Below are positions 63,447 through 64,000 of a stretch of DNA of 64,000 nucleotides, one piece after another (the first letter of the stretch is position 1; each line of letters starts with the position of its first letter). The translations under genes and the position numbers were made by a program. This stretch comes from Vicugna vicugna (taxonomy: Eukaryota): the NCBI GenBank assembly GCA_013265495.1, contig MU058423.1, positions 4,944,793 through 5,008,792 of the forward strand, written 5' to 3'. Below the pieces are notes generated by a model, which had not been told where the DNA came from, did not search any database, and was given only the letters and a program-made list of their open reading frames with translations.

Positions 63447-64000
63447 GGACAACTGACTTTTGATAAAAATGCAAAAGGCATTAAATGGAGAAAGGGTATT
63501 CTCTTTAAGAAACAGTACTGGACAAATTAGTCATTCATAAGCTAAAAGTATTAACAGCAGCATAAACCTCAAACATTGTAGAAAAAAAAATCTGAAATGG
63601 ATCATGGATTTAAATACAAATTGTAAAACTATGAAACTTTTAGAAGTAAACGTAGGAGCAAATCACTGATGCCTAGAACATGATGAGACGTTCTTATATG
63701 TGACAGAAAGCTTGACCCATGGAAAAATTAATTAACCAGTTGGACTTAATCATACTAGAAAAAAGACCCTAGTAAGAAGCCAAGGAGAAAATCTACAGAG
63801 TGAGAGAAAATATTTGCAAACATTACACATGACAAATGACTCATATCTTGAATATATGAAGAATTATCAAAACTGACCATTCTTCAATTAAAAAAAAACC
63901 TCAACAATATGAAAAAAAAAATCCAAACAGAAAATGGGCCAAAGAAATGAACAGACATTTCACCAAAGAGAATAAACAGATGACAAATAGGCACAAGGAA

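Larger units (their letters stand above)
62030..64000 (+). mobile_element. Old L1 ORF2 remnant, interrupted twice, running off the window
   Basis: Peptide KIEYLDASLTKHVQDLYAENCKMMVKEIKEDLKK (cf. ORF2p [30 protein letters not shown]). Ends GGCCAAAGAAATGAACAGACATTTCACCAAAGAG. Confidence 0.9.

Noticed and set aside
1..64000. A novel multi-gene biological system
   Set aside because: No intact coding genes, RNA genes or operon-like organisation are visible. The notable structures are explained by retrotransposition and repair events.

Overview
AT-rich, repeat-dense mammalian non-coding DNA (intergenic or deep intronic). I found no credible protein-coding exon, tRNA/rRNA, CpG-island promoter or CRISPR array. 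The ORF track is short chance ORFs plus degraded LINE-1 ORF2 fragments. The repeat content (MIR, L2, MLT1, MER5, Tigger1, Charlie1, old L1M, plus younger L1 3' ends of cetartiodactyl type, with no BovB/Bov-tA, PRE-1, Can-SINE or Alu seen) suggests a camelid-like laurasiatherian; this is inference only. L1-rich blocks (2.8-8.3, 14.7-21 and 52-64 kb) flank a ~30 kb core of ancient SINE/L2 remnants and unique sequence that resembles conserved non-coding elements. The most notable observations are: (i) two successive retrotranspositions into the same L1-endonuclease site at 19.6-20.0 kb, the first an unidentified polyadenylated mRNA 3' end; (ii) a TSD-flanked orphan retro-insertion carrying an L2 fragment inside an L1 at 62.65-62.87 kb; (iii) a perfect 3 x 94-bp tandem triplication at 34.1 kb; (iv) several template-switch scars. 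I do not see a novel multi-gene system. Repeat family names come from recalled consensus similarity and need RepeatMasker/Dfam confirmation. Boundaries are approximate unless TSDs are quoted.
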